64,000 bases of DNA, taken from the NCBI GenBank assembly GCA_018241525.1, contig JAFEDR010000013.1, positions 9,170 to 73,169 of the forward strand, in the 5' to 3' direction. Under the pieces are notes generated by a model. That model was not told the DNA's origin. It saw only the letters and a program-made list of their open reading frames with translations, and made no database searches. The DNA comes from Pseudomonadota bacterium. Its GTDB lineage: Bacteria > Pseudomonadota > Gammaproteobacteria > Steroidobacterales > Steroidobacteraceae. Positions within the stretch are counted from its first letter, which is position 1, and each line of letters begins with the position of its first letter. A program made the translations under genes and the position numbers. Shown piece after piece: positions 17,846 through 27,600 of this stretch.

Positions 17846-18397
17846 ATGGGCAACCGACTGAGCCGGATCTACACGCGTACCGGCGACGATGGCACGACCG
17901 GGCTCGGCGACGGCTCGCGCGTCGACAAGGAGTCGGCGCGCGTCGAGGCCTACGGCACGGTCGACGAGGCGAACTCGACGCTCGGGCTGGTGCTCGCGGT
18001 GCCGGGCCTGCCGGCCGCGGTCGCCGAGTGCCTCGGGGCCGTCCAGCACGACCTGTTCGACGTCGGCGCCGAGCTCTGCATCCCGGGCCACCGCGTGATC
18101 ACCGACGCGTACGTCACCCGGCTCGAGGCTGCGCTCGACGGCTTCAACGACGCACTGCCGCCGCTCAAGGAATTCATCCTGCCGGGCGGCGGGCCGGCGG
18201 CGGCCGCCTGCCACCTGGCGCGCACCGTGGTGCGGCGCGCCGAGCGGCGCGTCTGGGCGCTGGCGCGCACCGAGTCGGTGGCGGGCGAGGTGCCTCGCTA
18301 CCTGAACCGGCTGTCGGATCTGTTGTTCGTCGTGGCGCGGGTGCTCGCGCGGCATGAGCAGGGCAGCGAGGTGCTCTGGCGCCACGAGCGGCGCTGA
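17846..18397 (+). CDS. pduO: ATP:cob(I)alamin adenosyltransferase, PduO/MMAB type
   Basis: 183-aa ORF with IYTRTGDDGTTGL, EAYGTVDEANS and LPGG motifs of PduO-type adenosyltransferases. It starts 22 nt after btuB. Confidence 0.9.
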   Translation: MGNRLSRIYTRTGDDGTTGLGDGSRVDKESARVEAYGTVDEANSTLGLVLAVPGLPAAVAECLGAVQHDLFDVGAELCIPGHRVITDAYVTRLEAALDGFNDALPPLKEFILPGGGPAAAACHLARTVVRRAERRVWALARTESVAGEVPRYLNRLSDLLFVVARVLARHEQGSEVLWRHERR

Positions 18398-18411
18398 GCT
18401 CCGCTCAGCGC
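18391..18411. terminator. Perfect 9-bp inverted repeat spanning two convergent stop codons (possible bidirectional terminator hairpin)
   Basis: The repeat is GCGCTGAGC-TCC-GCTCAGCGC. The TGA of pduO (18395-18397) and the stop of the convergent gene (18405-18407) each sit in one arm. There is no U-tract. Confidence 0.35.
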
Positions 18412-18923
18412 CAGTTGGCGTCGTCCGCGCTCGGCGCGGCCTCGACCACGCGCTGGCCGACCTCGCGCGCCAGCAGCTGCGCGTCGTAGGCGATGTCCTC
18501 GGTCAGCTTCAGGTCCTGCGCCTCGGCAGGCGCCTCGCTCTTCGGCACGATCAGGTTGTCGTCGGCGTACTCGACCCGCCAGTCGGTGACTGCGGTGCTG
18601 CCCGGCACGTGCGTCACCGAGCCGTCGAAGCGATGGAAGGCCGGCATCGGCCACTGGGCGCGGTCGAAGGTCGGCAGCGTGCACAAGAGCTTCCACTCGC
18701 CGCGGAACAGCGCCGCGTCCTTGAAGCGGCAGACGAACGCGGCCTGGTTCGGGTGCAGCGCGTTCAGCCACTGGTCCATCGGCGGCGTCGTGCGCCGCGG
18801 CCCGAAGAAGTAGCCGAGCAGCACGCCGCCGCGACGCGGCACGCGCGCGATCAGGCCGATCGCGTACTGGCCGCGCTCCACCGGCAACATGAAAAACTGG
18901 CCTTCCTGCAGCCTCGCGGTCAT
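18405..18923 (-). CDS. Hypothetical protein, Imm26-like (polymorphic-toxin immunity protein-like) by recollection
   Basis: 172-aa ORF with non-shadow composition: MTARLQEGQFFMLPVERGQYAIGLIARVPRRGGVLLGYFFGPRR...FRGEWKLLCTLPTFDRAQWPMPAFHRFDG. The pattern G.FF.LP...G.YA.G... / GG / G.W..L...P.F....WP.P.F resembles what I remember of Imm26. This is unverified. Confidence 0.65.
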   Translation of the reverse strand: MTARLQEGQFFMLPVERGQYAIGLIARVPRRGGVLLGYFFGPRRTTPPMDQWLNALHPNQAAFVCRFKDAALFRGEWKLLCTLPTFDRAQWPMPAFHRFDGSVTHVPGSTAVTDWRVEYADDNLIVPKSEAPAEAQDLKLTEDIAYDAQLLAREVGQRVVEAAPSADDANWR

Positions 18924-19025
18924 GCCTGACCCCCCATCTCCGTCGGGCGCCGTCTGCGACCCCGCACGGCAGCCGTGGATCCTACCGCACTCCGTGCCCG
19001 CCGGCCCGTCGGGGCGGCGGGGGGC

Positions 19026-19919
19026 TCACGCGAGGTAGGCCAGCAGCGTCAGCAGCGCGATGCCCACCAGCCAGACGTACAGCGCCGCGTCGACCAGCGC
19101 GAGCGCGGCGCGGCTGCGCTCGGGCTCGTCGTGTGCGCCCGCCCAGGCGCTGCCGAGCGCGCCGCGCCCGGCATGCACCAGCAGCCGGTCGTTGGCCTCG
19201 AAGAAGTGGTCGGACTCCGAGGCGAGGTAGCGGCGCCAGCCCGCGAAGGACTCCTCGAAGCTGCCGGCGACGCCGTAAGTCAGCGCCAGCAGCCGCGCCG
19301 GCAGGAACGCGATCACGCCGTGCACCCGCTGGCAGGCATCGCTGACCTCGAGCGTGCGCGGCGTGGCGCCCGGCGTCGCGGCATCGAGCAGCGCGGCGCG
19401 GCGCACGAGGTCGCTGACCCGGAAGCCGAGCGCGCCGAACGGACCGAGCAGCGCGAACCAGAACAGCACGCCGAACAGGCGGTTGTTGGCCTGCACGAAC
19501 ACCGCCTCGCCGACCGAGCCGAGCCCCGGGCCGGCGCGCTGGCAGGCGTCGGCATCGAGCAGCTCGCCGGCGACGCGCGCCGCGCCGGCCGCGTCGCCGC
19601 GCGCCGCCGCCGCGCGGTACTCGGCGACCTCGCGGCGCAGGTCGCGCGGACCGAGCGAGAAGTAGAGCACCAGCGCCGCCAGCACCACGTACACCGCGCC
19701 GTGCACCAGCGCGCCCAGCGCCTCGATCGCGACCGCGAACGCCACCCCGGGCAGCAGCGCGACCAGCACCGCGAGCGCAACCGTGGCGCGCGGCGTTCGG
19801 ACCACGAACGCCTGCGCGGCGCGCGCGTAGGCGGTCAGCGCGCGCGGCTCGCGCACCTCGCGGCCGAGGCCGGCGATGCGCTCGGCCAGCAGCGCGAGCA
19901 GCAGCGCCACGAAGTTCAC
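19026..19919 (-). CDS. ampE: AmpE-like inner-membrane regulatory protein
   Basis: ORF 19026..20906 trimmed to GTG 19919 (VNFVALLLALLAERIAG...), which overlaps the ampD stop by GTGA. It has several TM helices and sits directly downstream of ampD, as in ampDE operons. Confidence 0.75.
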   Translation of the reverse strand: MNFVALLLALLAERIAGLGREVREPRALTAYARAAQAFVVRTPRATVALAVLVALLPGVAFAVAIEALGALVHGAVYVVLAALVLYFSLGPRDLRREVAEYRAAAARGDAAGAARVAGELLDADACQRAGPGLGSVGEAVFVQANNRLFGVLFWFALLGPFGALGFRVSDLVRRAALLDAATPGATPRTLEVSDACQRVHGVIAFLPARLLALTYGVAGSFEESFAGWRRYLASESDHFFEANDRLLVHAGRGALGSAWAGAHDEPERSRAALALVDAALYVWLVGIALLTLLAYLA

Positions 19920-20503
19920 GCTGCCACCGGCGCGAGCCGCGCGAGCTCGCCGTGGAGTCGCCGCCAGTCGAACGCCGGCCCGGGGTCGGTCTTGCGACCC
20001 GGCGCGACCTCGCTGTGCCCGGCGAGCGCCCCGGCCTCGAGCGTCGGGTAGGCGCGCCGCAGCGCCACCAGCACCTCGGCGAGGCGCCGGTACTGCGCGT
20101 CCTCGTACGGCACCTCGTCCGCGCCCTCGAGCTCGATGCCGATCGAGAAGTCGTTGCAGGCGACGCGGTGGCGCCAGCGCGAGGCGCCGGCGTGCCAGGC
20201 GCGGGCATGGAACGGCACGAACTGCACCAGCTCGCCGTCGCGGCGCACCAGCAGGTGCGCCGAGACGCGCAGTGCCTGGATCGTCGCGAAGAACGGGTCG
20301 CGCTCGGGCGGCAGCACGTTGGTGAACAGCGCCTCGATCCACGGCCCGCCGAACTCGCCGACCGGCAGGCTGATGCCGTGCACGACCACGAGGTCGATCG
20401 TCGCGCCGGGCGGCCGTTCGTCCTGGTTCGGCGAGGCGACCCAGCGCGCCGGCCGGATCAGGCCCCGGCCGACGTCGATCGTCACGGGCTCGGCGCTCGT
20501 CAT
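19916..20503 (-). CDS. ampD: 1,6-anhydro-N-acetylmuramyl-L-alanine amidase AmpD
   Basis: 195-aa ORF with amidase_2 motifs VVHGISLP, HAWHAGASRW, NDFSIGIELEG and GHSEVAPGRKTDPGPAFDW. Confidence 0.9.
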   Translation of the reverse strand: MTSAEPVTIDVGRGLIRPARWVASPNQDERPPGATIDLVVVHGISLPVGEFGGPWIEALFTNVLPPERDPFFATIQALRVSAHLLVRRDGELVQFVPFHARAWHAGASRWRHRVACNDFSIGIELEGADEVPYEDAQYRRLAEVLVALRRAYPTLEAGALAGHSEVAPGRKTDPGPAFDWRRLHGELARLAPVAA

Positions 20504-20631
20504 GCCGCGAGCTTACGGCACCCGCGGGCGGCGCGGAAACGGCACGGCCGGTACACTGCGCGGCACCCCATGGCCGCGCCCCGCCCGCCTGCCCTGCCGC
20601 CCGTCCGCGCCGGCCATCGCCGGAGGCGCCC

Positions 20632-21375
20632 GTGCGCCTGACGCGCGTCTGCGTGCCACCGCCGCTGGTCGCGGGCGAGCGGCGCCAGCTCGCCCCAGGC
20701 ACCGCCGCCCACCTGACGCGCGTGCTGCGCCTCGAGGCGGGTGCGCCGCTGGTGCTGTTCGACGGCGCCGGCGCCGAGCACACCGGCACGCTCGCCCGGT
20801 CGCACGCCGGCGGCGTCGCGGTCGAGGTGGGCGCGCCGCGCGTGCCGCTGCCGGAGTCGCCGCTCGCGATCACGCTGGCGCAGGGCGTCTCGCGCGGCGA
20901 GCGCATGGACTACGCGATCCAGAAGGCCACCGAGCTCGGGGTCGCGGCGATCGCGCCGCTGCTGTGCGAGCGCAGCGTCGTGCGCCTCGACGCGGCGCAG
21001 GCCGAGCGGCGCGCCGAGCACTGGCGCGCGGTGGCGGTCGCGGCGGCGGAGCAGTGCGGCCGCGCAGTCGTGCCGGTGCTGCAGCCGCCGCGCCGGCTGG
21101 CCGCGCACCTCGACGCCGCAGCCGCGGCACGCGACGGCAGCGTGCGGCTCGTGCTCGCGCCCGGGGCGAGCGACGGCCCGGCGGCGCTGCCGCGCGGCCT
21201 CGCGAGGCTCGAGCTGCTGATCGGCCCCGAGGGCGGTCTCGCCGACGGCGAGCTCGCGGCGGCCGCCGCCGCCGGCTACCGGCCGCTGCGGCTCGGGCCG
21301 CGGATCCTGCGCACCGAGACCGCGGCCGCCGCGGCGATCGCGGTGCTGCAAGCGCTGCTCGGCGACCTCGGCTGA
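20632..21375 (+). CDS. rsmE: 16S rRNA (uracil1498-N3)-methyltransferase RsmE
   Basis: 247-aa ORF from GTG 20632, with GGAGG 5 nt upstream. It has an HLTRVLRL PUA-like N-terminus, a SPOUT C-terminus (LLIGPEGGLADGE...LGPRILRTETA) and the MDYAIQKATELGV motif. Confidence 0.9.
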   Translation: MRLTRVCVPPPLVAGERRQLAPGTAAHLTRVLRLEAGAPLVLFDGAGAEHTGTLARSHAGGVAVEVGAPRVPLPESPLAITLAQGVSRGERMDYAIQKATELGVAAIAPLLCERSVVRLDAAQAERRAEHWRAVAVAAAEQCGRAVVPVLQPPRRLAAHLDAAAAARDGSVRLVLAPGASDGPAALPRGLARLELLIGPEGGLADGELAAAAAAGYRPLRLGPRILRTETAAAAAIAVLQALLGDLG

Positions 21376-21379
21376 GCCC

Positions 21380-23671
21380 ATGGCGCGCGCCCGACTCCGT
21401 CGCCGGCTGATCGCGCTCGGGCTCGGCACGCTCGTGCTCGCGATCCTGGCCTTCGTCGGCTGGGTGGTCTACCTCGATCACGTCGTGACACGGGAGTTCC
21501 GCGGCCGGCTCTGGTCGGTGCCGGCGCGCGTGTACGCCGAGCCGCTCGAGCTCTATGCCGGCGCCGCGGTCAGCGCCGACGAGCTCGAGCAGGAGCTGAA
21601 GCGCCTGCACTACCGGCCGGGAGACCCGGCGGTGGGGCCTGGCCTCTACCGGCGCCGCGGCGGCGAGTTCGACGTGCACGCCCGGCGCGTGCGGTTCGTC
21701 GACGAGCAGCGTGCGCCGGCGCGGATCGGCGTGCGCGCGGGGCCGGACTCGATCCAGGGCCTGAGCGCGGCGGACGGCGCGGAGCTGCCGCTGTTCCGGC
21801 TCGACCCGCTGCTCGTCGGCAGCGTGTTCCCGGTGCATGGCGAGGATCGGATCGTGCTCGCGCCGGACGAGGTACCGCCGCTGCTGCGCGCGGCGCTCAA
21901 GACCATCGAGGACCGGCGCTTCGACGAGCACCACGGCGTCGACCCGCGCAGCATCCTGCGCGCACTCTGGGCGGACCTGCGCGCCGGCCACATCGCGCAG
22001 GGCGGCAGCACGCTGACCCAGCAGCTGGTGAAGAACTACTTCCTCTCCGACGAGCAGACCGCGCGCCGCAAGCTGACCGAGGCGGTCATGGCGATGCGGC
22101 TCGAGGCGCACTTCAGCAAGGAGGAGATCCTGGTCGCGTACATCAACGAGGTGTACCTCGGCCAGGACGGCGAGCGCGCGGTGCACGGCTTCGGGCTCGG
22201 CAGCCAGTTCTTCTTCGGCAAGCCGGTCGACGAGCTCGACGCGGGCGAGCTCGCGCTGCTGGTGGGGCTCGTCAAGGGACCGTCCTACTACGACCCGCGC
22301 AAGCACCCGGACCGCGCCCGTGCGCGCCGCAATCTGGTGCTGCAGGAGCTCGCCGACGCCCACCTGATCGCGCCGGCCGAGGCGCAGCGCGCCGCCCAGC
22401 AGCCGATCCTGCTGCGCCCGCACGGCGGCGGCTACGTGCCGGCGTTCCTCGACCTCGTGCGCCGGCACCTGAAGCGCGACTACGCCGAGGCCGACCTCGC
22501 CGCCGCCGGGCTCGCGATCTACACGACGCTCGACCCGCGCGCGCAGGCGGCGGCGGAGCGCGCGCTGACGCGCGGCCTGCGCCGCCTCGACGCCGCGAGC
22601 CGGGTGCGCGATGCGCACCTCGAGGGCGCGGCGGTGATCGCCGAGCCGCAGAGCGGCGACGTGCTGGCGGTGGTCGGCGGGCGCGACACCGGCAGCGAGG
22701 GCTTCAACCGCGCGCTCGATGCGCGCCGCCCGATCGGCTCGCTGGTGAAGCCCGCGATCTACCTGGCGGCGCTCGAGAGCGGCCGCTACCACGCGGCCAG
22801 CGTGCTCGAGGATGCGCCGCTCGAGCTCAAGCTCGGCGACGGCACGCTGTGGGCGCCGCAGAACTTCACGCGCGAGACCTACGGCAGCGTGCCGATGGTG
22901 CGGGCACTCGCCGAGTCGCTGAACCTCGCCACCGTCCGCCTCGGCCTCGACGTCGGCCTGCCGACCGTGGCCGACACGCTGATGCGGCTCGGGCTCGAGC
23001 GCCGCCCGGCGCTGAATCCGTCGCTGCTGCTCGGCACCGTCGAGATGACCCCGCTCGAGGTCGTCGAGGTCTACGCGGCGCTCGCCAACGGCGGCTTCCG
23101 CACCCGGCTGCGCGCGGTGCGCGCCGTGCTCGACGAGCACGGCAGCGCGCTCAAGCGCTTCAAGCTCGAGGTCGCGGCGGCCGCACCGCCGGCGGCCGTC
23201 TACGAGCTCGACCGGATGCTGGTGCAGGTCACCGAGCGCGGCACGGCGCGCGGCGCGACGGCGCGGCTGCCGCGCGGGGTGGTGGCCGCGGCGAAGACCG
23301 GCACGTCCTCGGACCTGCGCGACAGCTGGTTCGCTGGCTTCACGGGCAGCCACCTCGGGGTGGTCTGGGTGGGCTACGACGACAACCGCCCGACCGGCCT
23401 GACCGGCGCGGCCGGCGCGATGCCGGTCTGGGCCGACGCGATCGCGAGTCTGCGGCCGGCCTCGTGGGAACCCGCGGCGCCGCCGGAGGTCGAGGAGCGG
23501 TGGGTTGAGTTCTCGACCGGCCTCGCGACCAGCCCGGGCTGCAGCCCGGATGCGGTGCCGGTCGCGCTGCCGCGCGGCACGGTGCTGCCGGTGCGGGCGG
23601 GCTGCGGCGGCCGGACGACCGATACGATGGTGGACAAGCTGAAGACATGGCTGCACGACGTACTGCACTGA
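21380..23671 (+). CDS. mrcB: Penicillin-binding protein 1B (bifunctional glycosyltransferase/transpeptidase)
   Basis: 763-aa ORF with an N-terminal TM helix and a UB2H-like insert. GT51 motifs are EDRRFDEHHGVD and GGSTLTQQLVKN. Transpeptidase motifs are SLVK (SxxK), SLN and KTGT. Confidence 0.92.
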   Translation: MARARLRRRLIALGLGTLVLAILAFVGWVVYLDHVVTREFRGRLWSVPARVYAEPLELYAGAAVSADELEQELKRLHYRPGDPAVGPGLYRRRGGEFDVHARRVRFVDEQRAPARIGVRAGPDSIQGLSAADGAELPLFRLDPLLVGSVFPVHGEDRIVLAPDEVPPLLRAALKTIEDRRFDEHHGVDPRSILRALWADLRAGHIAQGGSTLTQQLVKNYFLSDEQTARRKLTEAVMAMRLEAHFSKEEILVAYINEVYLGQDGERAVHGFGLGSQFFFGKPVDELDAGELALLVGLVKGPSYYDPRKHPDRARARRNLVLQELADAHLIAPAEAQRAAQQPILLRPHGGGYVPAFLDLVRRHLKRDYAEADLAAAGLAIYTTLDPRAQAAAERALTRGLRRLDAASRVRDAHLEGAAVIAEPQSGDVLAVVGGRDTGSEGFNRALDARRPIGSLVKPAIYLAALESGRYHAASVLEDAPLELKLGDGTLWAPQNFTRETYGSVPMVRALAESLNLATVRLGLDVGLPTVADTLMRLGLERRPALNPSLLLGTVEMTPLEVVEVYAALANGGFRTRLRAVRAVLDEHGSALKRFKLEVAAAAPPAAVYELDRMLVQVTERGTARGATARLPRGVVAAAKTGTSSDLRDSWFAGFTGSHLGVVWVGYDDNRPTGLTGAAGAMPVWADAIASLRPASWEPAAPPEVEERWVEFSTGLATSPGCSPDAVPVALPRGTVLPVRAGCGGRTTDTMVDKLKTWLHDVLH

Positions 23672-24189
23672 TCCGGCCGGCGGCGCTCGCGCTCTGGGCG
23701 CTCGCGCTCGCCGCGTGCTCGCTGCCGCCGCCCTACCGGGCGCCGTCACCGCCGGGCGCCGTGCCGCCGGCGGGCGGCGTCGCGCCCGCCGCGGCGCCGC
23801 TCCCCGGCCAGGCGCCGCCCGCCACCGAGCCGCCGCCGGTCGCGCCACCGCCGGCCCGGGAGTACCGCCTCGGACCCGCCACGCAGTCGCTCGTGGCGCA
23901 GGCGCATGGGCAGGTCGCGCGCGGCGAGCTGCCGGGCGCCTCGACGACGCTCGACCGGGCGCTGCGCATCGAGCCGCAGAACCCGCTGCTGTGGATCGAG
24001 GTCGCGCGCCTGCGGCTCGCCGAGGGCGACGCGCGCCAGGCGGAGGCCTGCGCGCGCAAGGCGCAGGCACTCGCCTCCGGCGACCCGGTCACGCGCTCGC
24101 AGTCGGGGCACGTGCTCGCCGACGCGCTCAGGGCGCAGCGGCGCAACCAGGAGGCGCACGCGGTCGAGTCGGATTCCGCGACGCGCTGA
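23647..24189 (+). CDS. TPR-repeat lipoprotein, LpoP-like candidate PBP1B activator
   Basis: 180-aa ORF with lipobox LALAAC, a Pro/Ala-rich linker and a TPR-like C-terminal (LDRALRIEPQNPLLWIEVARLRLAEGDARQAEACARKA). It overlaps the mrcB 3' end by 25 nt. Confidence 0.7.
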   Translation: MAARRTALIRPAALALWALALAACSLPPPYRAPSPPGAVPPAGGVAPAAAPLPGQAPPATEPPPVAPPPAREYRLGPATQSLVAQAHGQVARGELPGASTTLDRALRIEPQNPLLWIEVARLRLAEGDARQAEACARKAQALASGDPVTRSQSGHVLADALRAQRRNQEAHAVESDSATR

Positions 24190-24214
24190 GCGACAGCGGC
24201 CGCGCGGGCGCGGC

Positions 24215-24691
24215 TCAGGCGGCGACCGAGGTTTCCTCGGCGATCGCGGCCTCGAGGAACTCGAGGTCGGGCACGAGCGGGGTCTCGTTGACCATGCGCA
24301 GGGCGCACAGCACCGGGCTGCGGTCGGGGAACGAGCGCGTCGGGTCCGGCTTCACGACGTCAGGATTCAGACGCACCAGCTGCGGGAAGCCCTGCGTCAG
24401 GATGCCGAAGGCCCCGGCCGCCAGCCGGTTGCCGAGGCAGTGCACGACGACGATGCGCGTGCGCCCGCTCGGCTCGGGGATCGCGTGGCCGAGCGTGCCC
24501 TCGAAGGCCACCACCGGCACCGTGCGGCCGTTCCAGCCGATCGTGCCGACGTACCAGGACGGCGCACCCGCCATCGGCGCCGGCTCCTGCCAGGCGATCA
24601 CCTCGGCGACGCAGCTGCGCGGCACCACCAGGCGCTCGTCGGCGAGCGGCACCAGCAGCCCATAGAACTCCTCGGCGACGGCGTCTGTCAC
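24215..24691 (-). CDS. chpC: CheW-like coupling protein (ChpC-like)
   Basis: 158-aa ORF from GTG 24691 (GTGA overlap with the chpA stop). It has a single CheW-like domain (LLVPLADERLVVPRSCVAEV...GTIGWNGRTVPVV...IVVVH) and is the last gene of the Pil-Chp cluster. Confidence 0.8.
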   Translation of the reverse strand: MTDAVAEEFYGLLVPLADERLVVPRSCVAEVIAWQEPAPMAGAPSWYVGTIGWNGRTVPVVAFEGTLGHAIPEPSGRTRIVVVHCLGNRLAAGAFGILTQGFPQLVRLNPDVVKPDPTRSFPDRSPVLCALRMVNETPLVPDLEFLEAAIAEETSVAA

Positions 24692-27600
24692 ACGGCCTCC
24701 CGGCGGCGCGCCACCAGCGGCTCGATCGCGTCGAGCAGCTGGTTCTCCTGGTAGGGCTTGCCGAGGTAGTCGTTGACGCCGAGCTCGATCGCCCGCGCGC
24801 GGTGCTTCTCGCCGACGCGCGAGGTGATCATCACGATCGGCACGTCCTTGAGCCGCTCGTTGCCGCGCACATGCGCGGCGACCTCGTAGCCGTCCATCCG
24901 CGGCATCTCGATGTCCAGCAGGATCACGTCCGGCACGTTCTCCTCGAGGATCGCGAGCGCGTCGACGCCGTCCTTCGCGGTCATCACGCGCATGCCGTTG
25001 CGCTCGAGGAGCCGCTGCGTGACGCGGCGCACCGTGATCGAGTCGTCGACCACCAGCGCGAAGGTGCGCCGGTCGCCGCGCTCGCGCGCGCTCTCGGCCG
25101 GCGCCCGGGCGCGCCAGTCGCCGCGCACCAGCGTGCCCATGTCGAGGATGATCACGATCCTGCCGTCGCCGAGGATCGTGGCGCCGGCGATGCCGCGGAT
25201 CCCGGAGATCTGCGGCCCGACCGACTTCACGACGATCTCGCGACTGCCGACCAGCTCGTCGGTGACCAGCGCGGTCGAGCTGTCGCCGGCGCGCACCAGC
25301 ACCACCGGCACCGGAACGTCGTTCTCCGGCAGCGTCGCGTGCGGGCCGCCGACGAAGCTGCCGAGGTGCTGGAAGCGGTAGCGCTGGCCGCCGTACTCGA
25401 AGCTCGGCGCGCCGTCGGCGAGGTAGCGGCCGACCTCGCTCTTCGGCAGCCGCACCACGCTCTCGACGGTCGGCAGCGGCAGCGCGTAGAACTCGTCGCC
25501 GGTGCGCACGATCAGCGCCTGCGACACCGCCAGCGTGAACGGCAGCCGGATCGTGAAGCGCGTGCCCTGGCCGGGCGTCGTGTCCATCTGCAGCGCGCCG
25601 CCGAGGCGCTTGATCTCGGTGGCGACCACGTCCATGCCGACGCCGCGGCCGGCGGCGTGCGTGACGCTGGCCGCGGTCGAGAAGCCGGGCTCGAGGATCA
25701 GCTGCATCGCCTCCTGGTCGGACAGCGCCTGCTTCGGCTCGATGATGCCGAGCGCGATCGCCTTGTCGCGGATCGCGCGCAGGTTCATGCCGCCGCCGTC
25801 GTCCTGCACGACGATCACGACCTCGGCGCCCTCGCGCTTCAGCACGACCTCGATGCGGCCCTGCTCGGGCTTGCCGCGCTGTACGCGCTCGGCCGGCGTC
25901 TCGATGCCGTGCACGACGGCGTTGCGCAGCATGTGCTCGAACGGCGGCAGCATGCGGTCGAGCACCTGCCGGTCGAGCTCGCCGGTGGCGCCGGCGACCT
26001 GCAGGTCGACCTTCTTGCCGGTCTCCGCGGCGACCTGGCGCACGGTGCGCGTCAGGCGGGGCACGTGGCGCTGGAACGGCACCATGCGCGTGCGCATCAG
26101 GCCGTTCTGCAGGTCGGTGACGATCCGCGCCTGCTGCATCAGCAGGTTCTGGGCCTCGCGGGCCTGGCTCTCGAGCAGGCCCTGCAGGCTCGCCACGTCG
26201 CTGGTGCTCTCGAGCAGCGCGCGCGAGTACTGCTGCAGCGAGGAGTACTGGTCCATCTCCAGCGGATCGAAGTCGTCGCGCCGCCGGTCGTCCTCGTGGC
26301 GGTGCATGATCTGCGCCTCGGTCTCGATCTCGAGCTTGCGCAGCTGGTCGCGCAGCCGCTGCACGACGCGCGACAGCTCCGCGAGGTTGAACTCGACCGA
26401 GGACAGCTGCTGCTCGAGGCGCGCGCGGTGGATGCTGACCTCGCCGGCGCTGTTCAGCAGGCTGTCGAGGAGCTCGGCGTCGACGCGGGCGAGCTCCTGG
26501 CGCTCCTCGCGACCGCCCGCCTCGCGGCCGGGCGGCAGCAGGAACGAGCGCGACTCCTCGAGCGGGTGCTGCGAGGGCGGCTCGGCGGCGCCGCTCGCGA
26601 CCGGCGCGCTGAACGCCTCGGTGGCGGCGGGCACGCGCTCGGGCGCCGGCGCCGGGGCGGGTGCGGCCACCGGCGGAACGGGTGGTGCGGGTGGCGCGGA
26701 CGGAACGCGCGGCGCGGCCGCGATGTCGGTGACCACCGGCGGCGCGGCGGAGGCGACGGCCGGCGGGACGACGGGCGCCGCCTGCGAGGGCTGCGGCAAC
26801 GGCTGCTCGGCGGCCGGGCTCTTCAGCACCGGCGGCTCCGCGACGCCGCGCCCGAGCGCCTGTAGGCGCGCCACGAGCTCGCGCGCCGGGCCCACCGGCC
26901 GGCCGCTCGAGACGGTGTCGCGCATGCGGTTGAGCTCGTCGAGGCTCGCCTGCAGCACGTCGATCGTGCGCGGCTCGGCCGAGGTACCGGCCGATTCGGT
27001 CTGGGTCAGCAGCGACTCGACCTCGTGCGCGAGGTCGCCCATCGCCATGACGCCCGCCATGCGCGCGCCGCCCTTCAGCGTGTGCAGCACGCGCTTGAGC
27101 TCGGTGACCTTGGCGCCGTCGCGCGCGTCGGCGCGGAACGCCGCGAAGGCGCGCTCGGCGACCTCGAGCAGCTCGGTCGCCTCCTCGCTGAAGATCACCG
27201 CGATCTCGGCGTCGAACTCCTCGCCGCCGGCGCGCGCGCCAGGCGCCGCCGGCGCGGCCGGTGCCGCCGGCGACGGCGCCGCGGCCCGCGCGGGCGCCGG
27301 CACGAGGGTCATCGAATCGGCCAGCATCGCGTCGGTCGTGAGCAGGTCCTCGCCGAGACCCGGCGTCAGGCTGGTGTCACCGCCCTCGCTCGCGGGCTTG
27401 AGGCCGCGCGCCGCGATCTCGCGATTGGCGTCGGCCTCGAGCCACTGCAGCCGCGCGAGGATGTCGGCGTGGGTGCGGAAGAACGCGGTCGGCTCGTCGA
27501 AGTTCGCGGCGACCTCGTCCATCGCCGCGACCACGTCGGCTAGCACCCGCCGACCGGCCTCGGGCAGCCCGAGGCCGTGGTCGTAGAGCTTGCGGATGTA

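Noticed and set aside
14767-17853. 1028-aa minus-strand ORF covering the btuB region
   Set aside because: Only the last 253 codons (IMPase family) look like real protein. The remainder is antisense to btuB and to the riboswitch, and is low-complexity.
20870-24070. 1066-aa minus-strand ORF antisense to rsmE, mrcB and the lipoprotein gene. The same applies to 27577..32115 (+), 33475..37794 (-) and 24802..27586 (+), which are antisense to chpA/pilJ or gshB/acylase.
   Set aside because: These are Arg/Ala/Pro-rich shadow ORFs opposite genes with strong motif support.
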